Positions 1 through 13,431 of a DNA stretch of 64,000 nt are shown here, in pieces. The notes under the pieces are model-generated. The model ran no database searches, was not told where the DNA came from, and saw nothing but the letters and a program-made list of their open reading frames with translations. The stretch is taken from assembly GCA_951406725.2 (NCBI GenBank), contig OX597835.1, positions 10,912,001 to 10,976,000 of the forward strand, read 5' to 3'. This DNA comes from Octopus vulgaris (taxonomy: Eukaryota). The translations under genes were made by a program, and so were the position numbers. Every line of letters begins with the position of its first letter. Position 1 is the first letter of the stretch.

Positions 1-293
1 ACCACAATGGGCTGCTATCAGTCTAGGTGTTGCTTGATAGCCATTCCATCTGGCATTGCTCTCTTCCACCATTCCAGCCATTGAGATCAAAGGTCTTCAT
101 CAGCCTGTTCTACTGGCAGGGTTTTTTTTTTTATTTTTAGAGTAATACCCCTCTAGATCTACCCAAATCAGTGGGAACATGTTCCCCTCAAGAAAGTTTA
201 ATCTGGGACAGTTTCCATCATGAGTCAGAGGCTAAGATCTTTTCCCTGAACATGACCGATTGCCAAGGCATATGAGAACCAGTATCTGATGCG

Positions 294-490
294 AGGCGGC
301 GAGCTGGTAGAAACTTTAGCACGCCGGGCGAAATGCGTAGCCGTATTTCGTCTGTCGTTACGTTGTGAGTTCAAATTCCGCCGAGGTCGACTTTGCCTTT
401 CATCCTTTCGGGGTCGATGTAATTGACTTAATCCCTTTGTCTGTCCTTGTTTGTCCCCTCTATGTTTAGCCCCTTGTGGGCAATGAAAAA
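294..490 (+). mobile_element. tRNA-derived SINE (family A, Deu/Nin-like central domain), internally deleted
   Basis: ggcgagctgg...gagttcaaattccgccgaggtcgactttgcctttcatcctttcggggtcgat; multi-copy in the window. Confidence 0.85.
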
Positions 491-604
491 ATATATATAT
501 ATATTGTGTGTCATTCAGAGAAAAGTACCACTTTTACACAGCTTAGTACTTCTACACAACTTTTGATCTTCTGTATATACGAGTCTGTGTATATCTTGTC
601 GGCA

Positions 605-675
605 GGCAGTTTAGCTTAACTGATAGAGCATTCAGCTCGTATCCGAGGGGTGCAGGTTTCAATCCCATAGCTGTT
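605..675 (+). pseudogene. tRNA-like sequence (CGT anticodon, Thr-like), degenerate
   Basis: ggcagtttagcttaactgatagagcattcagctCGTatccgaggggtgcaggtttcaatcccatagctgtt: recognisable D and T arms with a mutated B box. Confidence 0.5.
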
Positions 676-762
676 TGGTGACAACTTTTTTCTGTCTTAT
701 AAGGGTAACATACCCAGTTTTTCTACTGTTTTTACAGCTTTACTGCATTTGAAATATTACGT

Positions 763-1419
<657 letters not shown>

Positions 1420-2073
1420 AATGAATTGTTTCAAGAGGAAGGGATGAAAGCAAGAAACAAGTGATGATGTAACTCCTGGCAATAAAGAGAAAATTTGCTC
1501 GGTAACAGCCTGAACGACAGTAAGATGTGCCCAGGGACGGAGAGGATGCGATGAGTTAATAAAACATCAGTAATTCGTTCGAAATATCTGTGAAGATCGA
1601 GCTGTGGACATATTTGCCAATTTATTAAAGAGCGATTGAAGTGTTGTTCACATGTTTAAGATATCTCGACAAATATTAATGTTTGTACATTTTCCTCGAG
1701 CACACATCTCACTGATACATCATAAGATAGATTCGATTCATTCTGAGATGTGATTTACCAATCTGGTTGCAGTTGTGGCTGAGTGGTTACGATGCAAGCT
1801 TCTTGACTGTACATTCGTGTCATTCATAAGGAGAAATTTGGGGTATTGTCCCATTGTGGGGTACTTTTGGACAACTTTTTCTTTTACAAATGGCCTTTGG
1901 CTGACTAATACTTTATGGGTAGGATTTGGTTGACAAAAGCTGTATGTGTATATATGTGATTGTGTGTGTGTACATATACAAATAAATAGATGTCTGTGTG
2001 TGTGCACGCATGTGTGTGTATATATATATATACATGTGTGTAGAAGCTAACGATCTATCATGGTGTCTGTGTG

Positions 2074-2110
<37 letters not shown>

Positions 2111-2183
2111 ATATATATATATAAACACAAACGCCATGATAGATCGTTAGCTTCTACACACGATAACGATCTATCATGGCGTC

Positions 2184-2233
<50 letters not shown>

Positions 2234-2867
2234 AACGTCTGATAGATTGTTAGCTTCTACACACATTTTTTTTCTCTCCTTGTTTTTTTCTGTGTACCTT
2301 TCTGTTGAAGACCGTAGGATCGAAACGTAAAAGAATTTTTCTATTCCTGAGTGCTATACTAATACATCTGTTTGTTTTGTACACCACCTGCCTTCGTCTT
2401 TTGTTTATTTTTGTAAACTTACCCTTTATATATATGTATGTATGTATGTATTATATTTTACTTGTTTCAGTCATTAGACTGTGGCAATGCTGGAGCACTG
2501 CCTTCAAGGGTTTATTCAAATAAATTAGTCCCAGTAATTATTCTTTGTTTACTAAGCCTTGTACTCATTCTATCGGTGTCATTTTGCTGAACTGCCAAGT
2601 CTTCAATTTGATATTGTTTGAGCAGTGGTGATGTTTATTTATGTCTCCTGTAAAGAATCTGTCACGTGGCTTGACAGTTCCAATGTGCGAAAACCTGCAA
2701 AATATAAAGCACCTTACTTGTAAAACAGTTAAGGTTTGGTGACAGGTAGAGCATCCGACCATAGACTACTACTTCCTTCGAATATGTCTTGTCCAACCCA
2801 TGCCAGCATAGACAAAGCAGACGTAAAACACAACTGACAACACCCTCCCCCATCACTGAGACTGACA

Positions 2868-2879
2868 TGATGGTAATGG

Positions 2880-2950
<71 letters not shown>

Positions 2951-2996
2951 TTGGTGATGATGGTGATGATGATGATGATGATGATGATGATGTTGG

Positions 2997-3085
<89 letters not shown>

Positions 3086-3248
3086 TTGGTGATGATGATG
3101 ATGATGATGATGATGATGTTGGTGATGATGATGTTGGTGATGATGATGATGTAATGATGATGATGATGATGATGATGTTGATGATGATGTTGGTGATGAT
3201 GATGTTGGTGATAATGATGATAATGATGATGGTGATGATGATGATGAT
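2868..3248. repeat. (GAT)n microsatellite
   Basis: Direct reading. Confidence 0.98.
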
Positions 3249-3729
3249 CTCTGGCACAAGCCCCACCACCTGTCATCTCCTTCTTGATATTCCTCATTTC
3301 AGTGTCTGTTTCTTCCAGTCGGTCACGATTTGGAATGGTTTCTATTAACAGAACAATGACTATTTGTAACTAAAACCTGTGTTTGACTTTTTTTTTGTGG
3401 AACAGCCTTAATCACAACAAAACGCTTCATTAGTTCTTTACCATGTTACCCCCCCCCCCCAGTAACATGTTTTTCCCATCTAAACAATCCTTTTTTCCCC
3501 CGTCCATTTCTGTTACACGTTCCTACCGTCACAGCAATTTCCCCTGCACGTGTTCGGTGATGTCGTTAACGCTCTGCCATTTTCACAGATCAACTTCCAA
3601 GCAAATTAATGCTGCATATCAACAAACCTTTCAATCACGTCGTTTCCCATCACGCCTTTAATTCTTTATCATTTGATGCCTGGCTCTCAATAGGTTTGCG
3701 GTATTACGTTTCTTTCTCTTCCTCTTTCT

Positions 3730-3943
3730 CTTTTACACTTGTTTCAGTCATTTTTGACTGCGGCCATGCTGGAGCACCACCTTTAGTCGAACAGATCGAC
3801 CCCAGGACTTATTCTTTGTAAGCCTAGTACTTACACTATCAGTCTCTTTTGCTGAACTGCTAAGTTATGGGAACGTAAACACACCACCATCAGTTGTCAA
3901 GCGATGTTGGGGGGACAGACACAGACACACACACACACACACA

Positions 3944-4013
<70 letters not shown>

Positions 4014-4168
4014 CGACAGGCTTCTTTCTTTCAAATCCACTCACAAGGCTTTGGTCGGCCTGAGGCTATAGTAGAAGACACTCGCCCAAGGAGCCACACA
4101 GTGGGAATGAACCCAGAACCATGTGGTTGGTAAGCAAGCTACTTACTACACAACCACTCATGCGCCTA
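3730..4168 (-). mobile_element. tRNA-derived SINE (family B, CORE-like motif, internal TA/TG microsatellite)
   Basis: Consensus ggcgcaggagtggctgtgtggtaag...ggcaccttgggcaagtgtc...(TA/TG)n...cagtcaaatgactgaaacaagtaaaagag. The most abundant repeat in the window. Confidence 0.85.
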
Positions 4169-4869
4169 GGTAATTTTCATGCAAACTTCTGTTTGGAATT
4201 AACTGTGAATGTATGTGTGTGAGTTTGTGTAAGGATTAGATTACCTGTGTTCAGTCTTATGTAAGGTAAAGGTCTCAGCATGTTCTCGTCACTAACCAGG
4301 GTCTGATGTGGAGGCTGTGAATTTGAGCTTGTTCTGCCATACTAGCATGCAATTATAAAAATCAAGACCATCTAATTGAACAAAGATACACATAGCAAGT
4401 GTCTATCCTGTTTGAAGCCAATCCCTATAAATATAGAAAATTATATTAAAGCCGGATTTGTTTGCAATCATTTTAATATCTGGATTCACAACTGCATCAC
4501 CATGCATTACATCAAAATGACTTTTACTTGTATATATATATAATTGTAGAATTCACCTCACAAAGCCAACAATTGTTTCTGTTGTATTACCATATTTGGA
4601 TATAGAAAATATTGAAATTAATATTTTTTTCAAGGCAATCCAAAATTATTTGTTGTATAATCCTTTGAATTTCTTGATAATCTTCTAAATGATATCTGGA
4701 TCTTCTTGTCATACATGAAGGATTACCCTGGATGTGTTTTCTACTTGCATTTGTTGGTGTCTGATCGTTTAATGTAATTAACCAAATTCATTTAAAACTG
4801 AGTGCTGTATTGATATCTACCTGGATATTTTAATCCCATTTTCTCTTCTTATATATATATATCAAGTGA

Positions 4870-5254
4870 GTGGAGGCGCAATGGCCCAGTGGTTAGGGCA
4901 GCGGACTCGCGGTCATAGGATCGCGGTTTCGATTCCCAGACCGGGCGTTGTGAGTGTTTATTGAGCGAAAATACCTAAAAGCCCTACGAGGCTCCGGCAG
5001 GGGATGGTGGTGATCCCTGCTGTACTCTTTCACCACAACTTTCTCTCACTCTTACTTCCTGTTTCTGTTGTACCTGTATTTCAAAGGGCCGGCCTTGTCA
5101 CTCTCTGTGTCACGCTGAATATCCCCGAGAACTACGTTAAGGGTACACGTGTCTGTGGAGTGCTCAGCCACTTACACGTTAATTTCACGAGCAGGCTGTT
5201 CCGTTGATCGGATCAACCGGAACCCTTGTCGTCGTAACCGATGGAGTGCTTCCA
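4870..5254 (+). mobile_element. tRNA-derived SINE (family C), full length
   Basis: A box TGGCCCAGTGG, B box GGTTTCGATTCCC. TSD TATCAAGTGA at 4860-4869 and 5255-5264. Near-identical copies at 17185 and 61745. Confidence 0.9.
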
Positions 5255-7560
5255 TATCAAGTGAAATAAGTATTTTAAAAAAGGAAGCTCATTTAAGAAA
5301 ACTCTACAAAATAATTCCTTTAGTGTGAAACTCTGACCCGTTTCAATTATTTTTGATGAAACTCTTTCAACAGAAAAGCATAAAAATATTCTCACTTTTC
5401 CACTTTTTTTTGTCTTTTCAGGTATGTCATTTTTTGATTTGGAGTGTTGCAAAGTTTGTCAGCTTCTGAGAATTACGTAAGTGTTTACTTTTTTAAGTGC
5501 CACAAGGGTACATTCGGCAGATGAAGTTGAAATAGGTATAGTTAAAATCAAATTTATAAGTTTATGTTCTTGTGCAAAACTTGCATGCGTTCCATGTTTT
5601 TAAGATATTTTATGAGCTTTTCAATATTGGTTTTAGCAGAAGATCATTTGTAAGAAAAAAAAAATGTAAGAAAGAACACAAAATGAAGAAGAAACAAACC
5701 AAAAAGTTCAACAAAAAAGCAAAAACTAGTTAATTCAGATCCATGATAACCAAAATAAAAAAAGAAATGGTCTTTTATAGAGAAGAAAAAGCCATCTTTG
5801 AAAAAATACTTTCAGAGAACAAGATTTTGCTGTCTAAAAGCTTGATAATTTCCAAATTTACCATAAACTTAAATCTAAACAATATCTTGAAATATTTTAG
5901 AGAAATGTTTTCAATAGTGTTCTTCTGGTGAACCATACATTCCTTTTCTAAAAGGAATGCCAAATTTCTATTCACCAAACTCCAAATGTCATCATGGGGA
6001 GCTTAACATATCTTTTCTTGAACTTTGTCAAAGTTCTTTCCACAATTCTACAGAGACAAACGATATCCATTAGCATCTGTTTGTGTTTGCTTAAAAAAGT
6101 TGTTCTGTAATTAGAAAAATACAAGAATTATACTTGAATATTTTTGAGGTGTGCTGAAAATTCTTTTGCATCATTTCTTGAATCATTTTATCATCAAAAC
6201 TCTTCAGATTTTCTAGAATATCACGAAAATGATTCTTCATAATCTGTTTTTGTATTTGATTTGTGAGATTCTTGATGTTAGCTCTTATGCTGAAGCAGAC
6301 TTGGGTTGTATTTAGGGTGGGTCATTTTGCCAATGATGCATGCATTTTCTGGTTTTGTTTCACTTCTTTTTATTATTATTTGTCAATTGAGGGTGATGAG
6401 CTGGCCGAATTGTTAGTACACCTGACATGATGCTTAGCTGCATTTCATTTTTACATTCTGAATTCAAATTCTATCAAGGTCACCTTTGCTTTCATCCTTT
6501 TGAGGTTGATAACACATGTACCATCTGAACGCTGGGGTTGATATTGTCAAATAGTCCCCTCCCCCAAACTCTCAGGCCTTGTACGTATAGTAGAGATTAT
6601 TATTTGTCAATTGCTCAACCAATTATTTAAACAATTGTCTTTTACATTGCCCAATTAATCATCTAGGTCTATCAAAGTCCTTTCATTGCCATTCACAACC
6701 TCATCAGCGACATAGCCTATCCTCTCAGGGTCGATAAATAAAGTACCAGTTTCGCACTGGGTCGATGTAATCGACTTAATCCCTTTGTCTGTCCTTGTTT
6801 GTCCTCTCTGTGTTTAACCCCTTGTGGGTAGTAAAGGAATAGGTATTTTGTCTGTCGTTATGTTCTGAGTTCAAATTCCGCTGTGGTCGACTTTGCCTTT
6901 CATCCTCTCGGGGTCGATAAATAAAGTACCAGTTTTGCACTGGGTCGATGTAATCGACTTAATCCCTTTGTCTGTCCTTGTTTGTCCCCTCTATGTTTAG
7001 CCCCTTGTGGGCAGTAAAGAAATATATACTCTTGGAAGATGTTGAAGCAGGCAATTATTAAGCCCTGAACACAAACCCATGGGGCCATTTGCTTTTATGT
7101 CTTCCCAAAGTAAGCAAAAGCGTACCTGCCAAAATGTATTCGAAGGGTTTGAAAGGTTAAAAACAATAAAGATTTACAAATATTTTTACCATTTCTTTTT
7201 ATCAAGTCTGTAATGCAGAAGGCTACCACATTACAGACATTCCTATTTTCAGAGACCTCACTTCTAATCCTGATTACGAGGAGATAATTCCTCCATTTCC
7301 AAAAACGGTATTCTCATTAGTCTTTTTAAGATTTCTTTGTTTCTTTGAAGCTTCTTCCTTGTCTCTGGTAATAACGAGTGATTCTTACTTATCTTTGCGT
7401 AGATTCTTTTCTGGTTTTTCCAAATTGCATCAAATAAACAAATGCATATAAACAGATGATGTCTCTCGCTGAATTGGAAGTAACTCGCTGATTGGCATCT
7501 ATTAGAAGTTTCGATAGGAGGAAGAAGAAAAAATATGCTTTTAATATTTCTCAAGTGAAT
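5255..7560 (-). pseudogene. Decayed hAT-superfamily (ZMYM1-like) transposase relic, frameshifted and interrupted by SINEs
   Basis: Minus-strand fragments: KLINLILTIPISTSSAECTLVALKKVNTY (~5477-5563) matches the hAT C-terminal dimerisation motif (LTIPVS.AS.ERSFS.LK..KT.LRS). LMQFGKTR and QRNKEILKRL..PFL...EL..R...SEVSENR (~7240-7430) resemble the N-terminal DUF4371-type region. Multiple stops and frameshifts. Confidence 0.7.
6390..7023 (+). mobile_element. Cluster of family A SINE copies (one degenerate, two tandem bodies)
   Basis: Repeated ggggtcgataaataaagtaccagt...gtttagccccttgtgggcagtaaagaaata. Confidence 0.8.
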
Positions 7561-7599
7561 TGTACTTTTTTAAAATAAAAATGTTAGGTATGCATTGAG

Positions 7600-7604
7600 A
7601 TATG

Positions 7605-7638
<34 letters not shown>

Positions 7639-8070
7639 TGTATGTATGTTTGTATGTTTGTATTTATGCATGTATGTATGCATGCATGTATGTATGTATG
7701 TATGTATGTATGTATGTATGTATGTATGTATGTATGCATGCATGTATGTATGTATGCATGTATGTATGTATGTTTGTATGTATGTATGCATGTATGTATG
7801 TATGTATGTATGTATGTATGTATGTATGTATGTATGTATGTATGCATGCATGTATGTATGTATGTATGTATGTATGTATGTATGTATGTATGTATGTATG
7901 TATGTATGTATGTATGTATGCGTGTATGTATGTATGCATGTATGTATGTATGTATGTATGTTTGTATTTATGCATGCATGCATGTATGCGTGTATGTATG
8001 TATGCATGTATGTATGCATGTATGTATGTATGTATTTATGTATGCATGCATGCATGCATGTATGTATGTG
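7600..8070. repeat. (TATG)n microsatellite
   Basis: Direct reading. Confidence 0.98.
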
Positions 8071-8178
8071 TATACACTCATGTATACACACACATATACA
8101 TATCATCATCATGTATGTATATATATATATATATAGTGTGTGTGTGTGTCTGTCTATGTATGATTATATAGGTATGTG

Positions 8179-8217
<39 letters not shown>

Positions 8218-8587
8218 TGTGTTTTGTGTGGTGTTCGTGTGTGTGTGTATGAATAGTTTGAAGTGGTATACAAATTTTATATATCAAGGAAATAATCAGG
8301 TTTTTGAAAAAATATTTATTAACGCTTGTATCTTGTTCATTTCTGAGACTCATCAGATATGATTTTAAACATCATCATCATCATTTAATGTCTGCTTTCC
8401 AAGCTGACATGAATTGGACGGTTTGACTGCAGACTGGCAAGCCAGGAGGCTGCACCCAGCTCCAATCTGATTTGGCAAGGTTTCTATTGCTGGTTGCCCT
8501 TCCTAATGCCAACCACTCCAAGAGTGTAATGGGTACTTTTATGTGCCTTTTGTGTAAATCTGGAAGAGAATGTTCTTTTGCTATCTA

Positions 8588-8953
8588 GGGCGCAGGAGTG
8601 GCTGTGTGGTAAGTAGCTTGTTTACCAATCGCATGGTTCCGCGTTCAGTCCCACTGTGTGGCACCTTGGGCAAGTGTCTTCTACTATAGCCTCGGGCCGA
8701 CCAAAGCCTTGTGAGTGGATTTGGTAGACGGAAACTGAAAGAAGCTCATCGTATACATGTATATATATATATATGCGTGTGTGTGTTTGTGTGTCTGTGT
8801 TTGGCCCCCTAACATTGCTTGACAACTGATGCTGGTGTGTTTATGTCCCTGTTACTTAGCGGTTCGGCAAAAGAGACCGATGGAATAAGTACTGGGCTTA
8901 CAAAAGAATAAGTCCCAGGATCGTGTTGCTCAATTAAAGTCGGTGCTCCAGCA
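8588..8953 (+). mobile_element. Family B SINE
   Basis: Matches the family B consensus, 3'-truncated. Confidence 0.85.
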
Positions 8954-9504
8954 TATATATATGTGTGTGCGTGTATATATATATGTGTGTGCGTGTATAT
9001 ATATATGTGTGTATGTACATCTGTGTGCATGTGTATGTGCATGCATGTGTGTGCAAGAAGCATACACTTGTCACATCATCAAATAAAGGCACCATGAAGT
9101 ATGAGATAAACCCAAGATTGGACCCAATAATGGATTCCACACTTCTCTCTAGTGTCGTATGACGCAGGGCACAACCTCAGGATAAGCTAATGTTCAGAAT
9201 ACAAGCCAAGTGATAGAAATAATAATCTTTTCTACTTCAGGCACACAGCCTGATATTTGGCGGGAGGGGGCCAGTCAATTAGATTGACCCCAGTACGCAA
9301 CTGGTACTTAAATTATCGACCCTGAAAGGATGAAAGGCAAAGTTGACCCTGGCAGAATTTGAACTCAGAACATAAAGACAGACGAAATACCATATGGTTT
9401 TGGTAGACAGAAACTGGAAGAAGCCTGTCATATATGACCTCGTGTGTACCATTGGTGATTTTTTTTCCTCTGTCTTCCCTTCTTTGGATCTTTCCTTTTC
9501 CTAT

Positions 9505-9539
9505 GTTTCTGAAGAAGAGCTCTGCTCGAAACGTTAAAC
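9505..9539 (+). ncRNA. Minimal type-I hammerhead ribozyme motif
   Basis: gttt-CTGAAGA-a-gagc(tct)gctc-GAAA-cg-TT-aaac: stem I, core, stem II and a palindromic ACGT in place of stem III. Confidence 0.7.
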
Positions 9540-9787
9540 CCTCCTTCTTTCCTTCTTTCCTGAGCGTCCAATAATACTATACTTGTCCCACGTCCTCGCG
9601 TTGTTGTGTTTTCTCATTGTGTTTTTATGTTTGGATTAACTATATATATTTATATATATATATATAGAAAATAGTAAAAAGTGAAAAAACTACAGAAGGC
9701 TTGTTTTAAAAGGTTAAAAAATATATATTTGAGTCAATATGTCTGAAGAATGTTATAAATTTTTTTCATACAATGACATAGTTTTTG

Positions 9788-9827
9788 AAGAAATGACCGG
9801 TTTCGCGTTCAGCTTTTCAAATTTCTT
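9788..9827 (-). ncRNA. Minimal hammerhead motif, U3:A8 core variant
   Basis: aagaaat-TTGAAAA-gc(tgaac)gc-GAAA-ccgg-TC-atttctt: 7-bp stem I, palindromic stem III, GUC cleavage triplet. Confidence 0.65.
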
Positions 9828-9856
9828 ACACGTGCTTTCACACACCAACTTTCTCA

Positions 9857-9907
<51 letters not shown>

Positions 9908-10740
9908 ATATGTTTATACACACACACTATATATATATATATATATATATACATACATATATATATGTATATATATACACACACATGCACACACATATCA
10001 TTTGTGTTTCCTCATTGTTAAGAATGTTTCAAAGGTTTTTTGAACTGTGGCACCATTCACCAATCTGTTAGTTTATTGTGGAGAAATAGTGAGAGAAGCA
10101 TGAGTTCAATCCTTACAATAGTTTTACCTTCACTGCCTCTGCATCTAGGCCCCAACTGTGTTAAGATGCTCAAACCAGAGCCCGTCCATTTGTTGATGAA
10201 GCTACTGTTGCAGTATCTCATTGTCCACTTTATGCCATCTCTACACATTGTAATACTGAATGTAGCAACTTTAAAATACTATTAGACAAAAAAAAATAAA
10301 TTTTTTTTTTAATGAGTTTAACAATTTTGATTCAATTATTTTGTTATTCTTTTTATCAGCTTCAAATTTCACATTTACGAAGCTAATATATGTCCATGAT
10401 CTAAAATCGAGTAAAGATACGTCTGATATTGAAATTCAATAAAAATTTTTAAATAGTTTTTAAAAAAAATTAAATTTTTTTTCTATTGATCTGACTTTCA
10501 AATTTTTTTTTCTCTCTTCAAAATATCCTAAATTTGATTTTCAATTTGAAATTTTTGTGATATTATTGTGATTCTATTAAATTTATTTCCCCTTATGAAA
10601 ACATCTCAGGTTTTTATCAGTCAAAACGACACCCAAACACACACACACACATACACACACTTTCCCCCTGTCTGTCTATCTATCTTGCTCTCTCTCTCTA
10701 TCTCTATCTCGTTCTTACTCTCTTTGTCACTCTTTCTTCA

Positions 10741-10773
<33 letters not shown>

Positions 10774-11628
10774 ATCTCTCTCTTGTTCTTACTCTCTTTG
10801 TCACTCTTTCTTCATCTCTCTCTCTCTCTCTCTCTCTCGCTTCCCGTCTTCAAAATATGGAAAACAAATATCGGAGCCGTAAGTTCTGTATCTGATAAAG
10901 AGTTTGATAGTAAGAACTTAGATCATTAAGTTTGCGTAAAAGGACAAATATAATTAAGGAAATAACGAAGCAAAGTACTAAGTTAAAAAAAAGTACCAAA
11001 AAAAAAAAAAGGAATTATTAACAATATTATTTTGACATTTATTTTATAAAGAGAAATAAAAAAAAAAAGGAGTAAAAACTGAGCAAAGAAAATTTACCTT
11101 TTTTTTTTATAATACTGTTGCTCTCCTTTTATTCAATACTGCATTCCTTTCATCTAATACTTGTTCTTTCTCTCTTCTTGTCAAGCTGGGTAAAACTATA
11201 ACATATCTTTGACAATGTGTAAATGAGTTCTTCTTAACATTTTCCTTCGTCTTCATGAGTTTTTTTTTTTTGGTTCCTGTCGCTACTCACCTTCCATCCA
11301 TTCTCTCCTTCCTTGCATCCTAAAAATGGTGAAAGAACATTCTTTTTATATTAAACTATGTTAGGAAATAGACTTAGATTTTCTTTATGACGAATAAACA
11401 ATTGCGATAGCTTCTTTATTATAAGCAAGCAGTCAGTGCAAAAATAACCGAAGACAGCGATGACGCTGACGCTGACGATGACGACGGTGATGACGACAAT
11501 GACAGCTATGATCTTTAAATGGGTTTGAAATTAGTTTTGTGCACTAAAATCTTCGGACTAAATAAAAGACATAGGCAGCCGAGTCAGGCTTTCTTCAGAA
11601 AACCGACAGTAAAAGTACTTTAAAAATA

Positions 11629-11955
<327 letters not shown>

Positions 11956-12584
11956 ATACAAACATAAATAAAAGTAGTACAAAAACAAAAAAATATAAAG
12001 AGAAATAGTTGGAAAAAGAGCCAGAATTTTTCTTTTCCCCTATTGTCTTTTTGAAGAATCGGTAAAAAAAAAAAAATTAGTAGAAAAAAAAACATGAATG
12101 AACAGAACTAGATTAAAAGTATCATTGTGATGAAGTGGTTATTTTCTAAAGTTTTCTATAGACAATTTATAGAAATGCAAGAAGCACTTTGGAGAGTAGA
12201 ATTTGAATATATTGTGGATTTTTTTTTTCTGTTTTTTTTTTTTTTTTTCACAAAACTGGAATACTTGAATCTTAAATCTCAAATTATAGCTATTGGAAAA
12301 AAGACAAAAAGAATAAGATCATAAGCAGAAATAAAAAGGAAGAAAAGAACGGTAAACATAATTTTCTGAAATAATAAAATGGTAATAATGAGGATATTCT
12401 TGATAATAATTATTGTTGTGTTTGTTTACATTTAGGTTGGAATTTAAACGTATTGAGGAAGAGAAAATGAAGAGAGTTTTACGTGGCATTGAGAATATAA
12501 ATGTAGCTGTGTATATTATAAGCTATTATGATATACACAGCTTATAAAAGATATATTATAAGTTGGGTAAAAAAGCCCCTTGGA

Positions 12585-13245
12585 TGGGAAAGAGGGTGTG
12601 AGTCACTTGCAAGATTTGAACTTGGAATCTACTGTAGCCTGCCTTTTTTTATCCAAATGCTGGCATGGGTTGGATGGCTTTGACAGGAGCTGGCAAGGCC
12701 GGGAACCAAACTGAGTTCCATTCTCTGTTCTGGAATGGTTTTTTACGACTGGGAAAGAGGGTGTGAGTCACTTGCAAGATTTGAACTTGGAATCTACTAT
12801 AGCCTGCCTTTTTTTATCCAAATGCTGGCATGGGTTGGATGGCTTTGACAGGAGCTGGCAAGGCCCGGAACCAAACTGAGTTCCATTCTCTGTTCTGGAA
12901 TGGTTTTTTACGACTGGGAAAGAGGGTGTGAGTCACTTGCAAGATTTGAACTTGGAATCTACTGTAGCCTGCCTTTTTTTATCCAAATGCTGGCATGGGC
13001 TGGATGGCTTTGACAGGAGCTGGCAAGGCCCGGAACCAAACTGAGTTCCATTCTCTGTTCTGGAATGGTTTTTTACGACCGGGAAAGAGGGTGTGAGTCA
13101 CTTGCAAGATTTGAACTTGGAATCTACTGTAGCCTGCCTTTTTTTATCCAAATGCTGGCATGGGTTGGATGGCTTTGACAGGAGCTGGCAAGGCCAGGAA
13201 CCAAACTGAGTTCCATTCTCTGTTCTGGAATGGTTTTTACGACTG
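12585..13245. repeat. Tandem repeat, 4 x 165 bp
   Basis: Units start at 12585, 12750, 12915 and 13080; near identical. Confidence 0.95.
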
Positions 13246-13431
13246 AGTGCCCTTCTTACTGTCAGCCACATTACAGAGTGTACTTGGTGCTTTTTACATG
13301 GCACTATCACCATTACGTTTTATGTGGTACCAGCACCAATGCTTTTTTAGCATGGAACCAGCACCAGTGTGCTTTTTACATGGCACCAGCACTGCCAGAA
13401 TGAGGTATATATATATATATAATGTGTGAAT

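Noticed and set aside
4871-4945. Possible functional tRNA genes at SINE heads (also 605, 13432, 19895, 27051)
   Set aside because: Cloverleaves are imperfect and most continue into repeat bodies, some with TSDs; treated as SINE heads or pseudogenes.
12436-12547. Possible + strand exon LEFKRIEEEKMKRVLRGIENINV
   Set aside because: No convincing donor, partner exon or recognisable domain.
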